Shown here one piece after another: positions 49,826 through 53,807 of a DNA stretch of 53,807 nucleotides. This DNA is from a virus (Duplodnaviria > Caudoviricetes): the IMG/VR virus record IMGVR_UViG_3300010354_000118, positions 1 to 53,807 of that record; one strand, 5' to 3'. The notes below the pieces were generated by a model. The model saw only the letters and a list, made by a program, of their open reading frames with translations, had not been told where the DNA came from and made no database searches. The position numbers and the translations under genes are program-made. Positions within the stretch are counted from its first letter, which is position 1, and every line of letters starts with the position of its first letter.

Positions 49826-50839
49826 ATGAATCTTTTTAAAAAAGTAGCATGTTTGACAGATCTTCATGTTGGACTGAAAGGCAATTCTACAGTACATCTA
49901 CAGGACTGTGAAGAATTTGTAGATTGGTTTATACAAGAAGCTAAGACACAAGGCTGTGACACTGCTATATTTCTCGGTGACTGGCATCATCATAGAAACA
50001 GTATTAATCTAATGACCTTGGATGTCAGTATTCGCTGTCTTGAAAAACTAGGAGCAGCATTTGATCAGTTCTTTTGGTTTCCAGGTAATCACGATCTATT
50101 CTACAAAGACAAGCGCAGTATTCACAGCAGCATTTTTGGTAGACATATTCCAGGTGTTACTGTGATTGAAAAAGTAACAACACTAGACGATGTAACCTTG
50201 GTTCCGTGGCTGATCGGTGATGAATGGCGTTCTATGAAATCTGTCCGAAGCCGATATATATTCGGACATTTTGAATTGCCCTTGTTTTATATGAATGCCA
50301 TGATTCAAATGCCCGATCATGGTGAGCTACAAGGCAAAGACATGAGTCATGTAGAATATGTATTCAGCGGACATTTTCACAAACGGCAGAATCAAAACAA
50401 TATTTGGTACATAGGCAATGCTTTCTCTCATAATTATTCAGATTCATGGGACGACGAACGAGGCATGATGATTCTAGAATGGGGATCAAGTCCCAAATTT
50501 ATAAACTGGCCAGACGCTCCTAAGTACAGAACGCTGACTCTCAGTCAGCTCATAGATCAAGAAGATCAAATATTGAAATCAAAAATGTACCTTCGTGTAA
50601 ATCTTGATGTAGATGTCAGTTTCGAAGAAGCTAATTTTATCAAAGATAGATACTACGAAAACAGTGACATTAGAGAAATTACTCTCATACAAGAAAAATA
50701 CAACATAGAACAGGGTCTAGAAGACAAAGAAAATGCTGTTTTTGAAAGTGTAGATCAAATTGTCACCGAACAGATCTTAAACATTGATTCAGAAAATATC
50801 GAAGCTAAAATTCTACTAGACATCTACAGAAATCTATAA
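49826..50839 (+). CDS. recombination endonuclease gp47 (Mre11/SbcD-like)
   Basis: TDLHVG, LGDWHH, GNHD, GHFE and SGHFH phosphoesterase motifs. Confidence 0.93.
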   Translation: MNLFKKVACLTDLHVGLKGNSTVHLQDCEEFVDWFIQEAKTQGCDTAIFLGDWHHHRNSINLMTLDVSIRCLEKLGAAFDQFFWFPGNHDLFYKDKRSIHSSIFGRHIPGVTVIEKVTTLDDVTLVPWLIGDEWRSMKSVRSRYIFGHFELPLFYMNAMIQMPDHGELQGKDMSHVEYVFSGHFHKRQNQNNIWYIGNAFSHNYSDSWDDERGMMILEWGSSPKFINWPDAPKYRTLTLSQLIDQEDQILKSKMYLRVNLDVDVSFEEANFIKDRYYENSDIREITLIQEKYNIEQGLEDKENAVFESVDQIVTEQILNIDSENIEAKILLDIYRNL

Positions 50840-52623
50840 TGCTGACTCTACATAATCTCACAGTTAAAAATTTTATGAGCGTGGGTAATCAAACTCAAGC
50901 CATCGATTTCCACAAAGAAAACCTTACCTTGGTTTTAGGATCTAATCTAGATCTAGGGGGTGACGACAGTGGAAGTCGTAACGGAACTGGTAAAACAACA
51001 ATTGTCAATGCTCTTAGTTATTCTATTTTTGGACAGGCTCTGACTAACATTAGAAAAGAAAATTTAATTAATAAAATCAACGGCAAAAACATGTTGGTAA
51101 CAATTGAGTTTGCCCAGCATGGTAATCGTTATAGAATCGAACGAGGACGTAAACCAAATATACTACGACTATTTGTCAACGATAAAGAACAAAAAACTGA
51201 ATTAGAAGAAGACGAAAGTCAGGGCGACAGCAGAGAAACACAAAAGCATATCGACAGTATCATGGGCATGAGTCATAATATGTTTAAACACATATTGGCC
51301 CTAAACACCTATACCGAACCTTTTCTCAGCATGAAGGCTGCGGATCAGCGAGATATCATCGAACAACTATTAGGTATTACTCTGTTAAGTGAAAAAGCAG
51401 AACGTCTAAAACTTGAAATCAAAAATACCAAGGATCAGATACAGGCAGAAACCATACGCATAGAATCTATTAAAACTGCCAACGACAATGTTCAAAAAAG
51501 CATAGACAGTCTCAAAATCAAAAGCTCTGCCTGGGATAACAAGCATGATCAAGAACTAGAAAGTCTAGGTCGTGCCATTGTTAATCTTGAAGCAGTGGAC
51601 ATTGAATCAGAACTTGCATTGCATTCAGCATTAAAAACCTGGGTAGAAAATGATAAGAAATTAACCAGTCTTAGAAAGCAGCAGGCCACATTAGAGACTG
51701 CTGTGGCGCAGGCAGAAAAGACTGTGAAAAAATATCTAGAAGAAGTAGAAAAGTTACGAGATCATAAATGTCACGCCTGTGGACACGAACTTCACGATCA
51801 TCAACACCGAGAAATGTTAGATGAAGCTCTAAAATACAAACAAGATGCTGAAACCTATGCCCTAAAAGTGATCAAAGATTATGGACTAGTGGTTAACGAT
51901 ATTGAAAAAATTGGTCGGCAGGGTGCAAAGCCTAGAACCTTCTACGAAACCGAAGCAGAAGCTCTAGGTCATAAAAATAATTTAGAAAATCTAGAAAAGA
52001 CACTGATACAAAAATCTGAAGAATCTAATCCCTACCAAGAACAAATAGATGAATTAACCAATACTGCCATACAGGAGTTAAACTGGGAAGCAGTAAATAT
52101 GCTATCACGTCTTAAAGAACATCAAGAAGTTCTATTAAAACTGCTGACCAGTAAGGACAGTTTTGTTCGTAAACGAATTATTGACCAAAATCTTAAGTTC
52201 TTAAATAAGCGTCTCAGTTACTATATTGACAAGTTGGGATTACCACATAAGGTCATATTCTTAAACGATCTCAATGTAGAAATCACACAGCTAGGACAAG
52301 ATCTAGACTTTGACAATCTCAGCAGGGGAGAGCGAAATAGACTGATACTGAGCTTGAGTTTTGCCTTCCGTGACGTATGGGAAAGTCTATATCAGTCTAT
52401 CAATTTATTGTTTATAGATGAACTTATAGACTCAGGAATGGATTCTGCTGGTGTAGAAGCAGGACTAGCTGTCCTAAAAAAGATGGCCAGGGAGAGAAAT
52501 AAGAATATATACTTAATAAGCCACAAAGATGAACTAGTAGGCAGAGTAAACAGTGTACTAAGAGTAATAAAAGAAAATGGATTCACCAGCTACAGTAACG
52601 ACCTCGACTATATCGTTAGTTGA
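50839..52623 (+). CDS. recombination ATPase gp46 (Rad50/SbcC-like)
   Basis: KNFMSVG, Walker A NGTGKTT, zinc hook CHAC, signature LSRGE, Walker B LFIDE, ISH. Confidence 0.93.
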   Translation: MLTLHNLTVKNFMSVGNQTQAIDFHKENLTLVLGSNLDLGGDDSGSRNGTGKTTIVNALSYSIFGQALTNIRKENLINKINGKNMLVTIEFAQHGNRYRIERGRKPNILRLFVNDKEQKTELEEDESQGDSRETQKHIDSIMGMSHNMFKHILALNTYTEPFLSMKAADQRDIIEQLLGITLLSEKAERLKLEIKNTKDQIQAETIRIESIKTANDNVQKSIDSLKIKSSAWDNKHDQELESLGRAIVNLEAVDIESELALHSALKTWVENDKKLTSLRKQQATLETAVAQAEKTVKKYLEEVEKLRDHKCHACGHELHDHQHREMLDEALKYKQDAETYALKVIKDYGLVVNDIEKIGRQGAKPRTFYETEAEALGHKNNLENLEKTLIQKSEESNPYQEQIDELTNTAIQELNWEAVNMLSRLKEHQEVLLKLLTSKDSFVRKRIIDQNLKFLNKRLSYYIDKLGLPHKVIFLNDLNVEITQLGQDLDFDNLSRGERNRLILSLSFAFRDVWESLYQSINLLFIDELIDSGMDSAGVEAGLAVLKKMARERNKNIYLISHKDELVGRVNSVLRVIKENGFTSYSNDLDYIVS

Positions 52624-52918
52624 ATATAATAATTACCTAACATGTTATGATCCTCTGTTGGAAAAATTTGTTGAATTATGTAATGATCATAGAAACTATA
52701 CACTGAATCGAGGTACACCTAGTGCAGAAAAAGTAAAAAGTACATTGAAAAGAATCAAATGGCTTTTAGAAGACATGAGAAAATCTATAATCAAAGCTCA
52801 ATTAGAAAATAAAAAAAATTATCACATACAGGTAGCTATCAATAAAAAAGATCCAAATTGGTGGAAGAAACAAAAGCTCAATAAGAATCATTATAGAAAC
52901 CCTAATAATAAAATATGA
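52577..52918 (+). CDS. basic hypothetical protein (start uncertain)
   Basis: Fills the gap between gp46 and the GIY-YIG gene, ATGA-coupled at its 3' end; Lys-rich and helical. Confidence 0.55.
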   Translation: MDSPATVTTSTISLVEYNNYLTCYDPLLEKFVELCNDHRNYTLNRGTPSAEKVKSTLKRIKWLLEDMRKSIIKAQLENKKNYHIQVAINKKDPNWWKKQKLNKNHYRNPNNKI

Positions 52919-53361
52919 CATGGTACTATGATGATAAACCCGTTGACGAACTTCCGGACGATTGTGTAGGATTTGTTTATCTTATCACCAATCTAATCAA
53001 TGACAAAAAATACATAGGCAAAAAATTAGGCAAATTTTCAAAGACCACATATAAAATAGTAAAATTAAAAAACGGCACAAAGAAAAAGAAACGAATCAAA
53101 TCAAAAATAAATTCAGATTGGCAGACTTATTATGGCTCGAACGATCAACTCACAAAAGATGTAGCACAATTAGGCACCGATAAATTTCACAGGCAAATAT
53201 TATATTTTTGTAAATCTAAGGCAGAATGCAGCTATAAAGAAGCACAAGAACAATTCACAAGAAAAGTATTAGAATCAGACGAATATTATAACGGCCAGAT
53301 ATCTGTTCGTGTCCATGGCTCACATATTTTAAAATCCATCAAGGCTCAAAAAACGGTTTAA
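52915..53361 (+). CDS. minimal GIY-YIG family nuclease
   Basis: GFVYLITNLINDKKYIGKK, YYGS, conserved Glu helix (YKEAQEQ) and YYN; no C-terminal DNA-binding repeats. Confidence 0.85.
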   Translation: MTWYYDDKPVDELPDDCVGFVYLITNLINDKKYIGKKLGKFSKTTYKIVKLKNGTKKKKRIKSKINSDWQTYYGSNDQLTKDVAQLGTDKFHRQILYFCKSKAECSYKEAQEQFTRKVLESDEYYNGQISVRVHGSHILKSIKAQKTV

Positions 53362-53774
53362 GGCTCGCACAGGCTAACTTCATGTGCCCTATACCTGGAC
53401 TCTGTGTCGCAGGGATGGAATCTCGTCGCCGTAACGAGAACTCAACCACTACCCTGCTAGGATGAGGATCACTTAAATGCTGTGATTTGGTTGTTTGAAG
53501 ACAAAGAAAGCTAAAAAGACGCTCTAGTGATAGAGCACGTTCATTGGGTATGACCGCGTATGCCCCTTGAGCCGCCGTTGTGATAAAGACTGGGATGGAG
53601 GTACCGGACAACCGCCTCTGCTAAACACCCTAACGCTGTGTGATCTAGGTACTCGGATAATGTAGATCGAACTTTGCCCTGTCTGGGCAAAGTGTGACCG
53701 TTGTATCTGGATAATATATCTCGAGAAAAAGCTTCGAGTCTCGTAGACGAAGAAGACAACGAACGTAGTTCGTT
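53352..53774 (+). ncRNA. candidate large structured non-coding RNA (family not identified; strand and ends inferred)
   Basis: About 50% GC by hand count over 53361-53660 in an AT-rich genome, no credible ORF, about 10 helices including GCTCTA-GTGA-TAGAGC and ACTTTGCCC/GGGCAAAGT. Confidence 0.7.
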
Positions 53775-53782
53775 TATAAATA
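53775..53782 (+). promoter_or_regulatory. T4-type late promoter TATAAATA for the next gene (GGAG 53793-53796, ATG 53803, runs off the right edge)
   Basis: Exact TATAAATA followed by an RBS and ATG. Confidence 0.7.
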
Positions 53783-53807
53783 TTAGATTAACGGAGTCTA
53801 GAATGAA

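Noticed and set aside
461-52586. Many short antisense or nested ORFs (e.g. 2658-2864, 6067-6363, 12672-13559, 16955-17957, 44157-44771)
   Set aside because: Shadow frames of long, motif-supported genes, with no independent signals.
52577-52918. Histone H1-like (Hc1) call
   Set aside because: Only general basic, helical character; similarity too weak to name.
53339-53759. Minus-strand ORFs 53339..53611 and 53541..53759
   Set aside because: Mutually overlapping, atypical composition, no RBS or recognisable motif; better explained as stop-poor GC-rich structured RNA.
53361-53774. tRNA, tmRNA, RNase P, group I/II intron or CRISPR identity for the non-coding region
   Set aside because: No cloverleaf or T-loop, no recognisable catalytic-core motifs, no interrupted gene and no repeat-spacer periodicity seen. 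A faint resemblance to GOLLD-like RNAs could not be supported without a covariance search.
1-53807. Stop-codon reassignment
   Set aside because: Genes are intact and tightly packed under code 11; TAA, TAG and TGA all end recognisable proteins.

Overview
AT-rich segment of a large T4-like (myovirus-type) bacteriophage genome, standard genetic code. Left arm (+, 1-10098): 7-deazaguanine genes (3' end of folE, queE), a free-standing Vsr/PD-(D/E)XK-type homing endonuclease, T4-RNase-H-like exonuclease, a MoxR AAA+/vWA-metallopeptidase pair, an unannotated 59-aa DfrB (R67 DHFR)-like gene and thyA. Middle (-, 10095-48772): tail/baseplate module with four paralogous fibre proteins, a subtilase-bearing protein, a collagen-like protein, a 5852-aa wedge protein carrying nested esterase and subtilase domains, gp6, gp25, gp5-lysozyme, hub, gp53-like and tube-initiator-like genes. 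Right arm (+): gp55-like late sigma factor, gp47/gp46 (Mre11/Rad50), and a minimal GIY-YIG nuclease followed by a ~400-nt GC-rich, highly base-paired non-coding region. Best leads: (1) the GIY-YIG plus candidate large ncRNA, (2) the DfrB-like gene coupled to thyA, (3) the nested hydrolases in the giant baseplate protein, (4) RBS-occluding hairpins tied to late promoters. All calls come from motif recognition by eye; no searches or folding programs were run.
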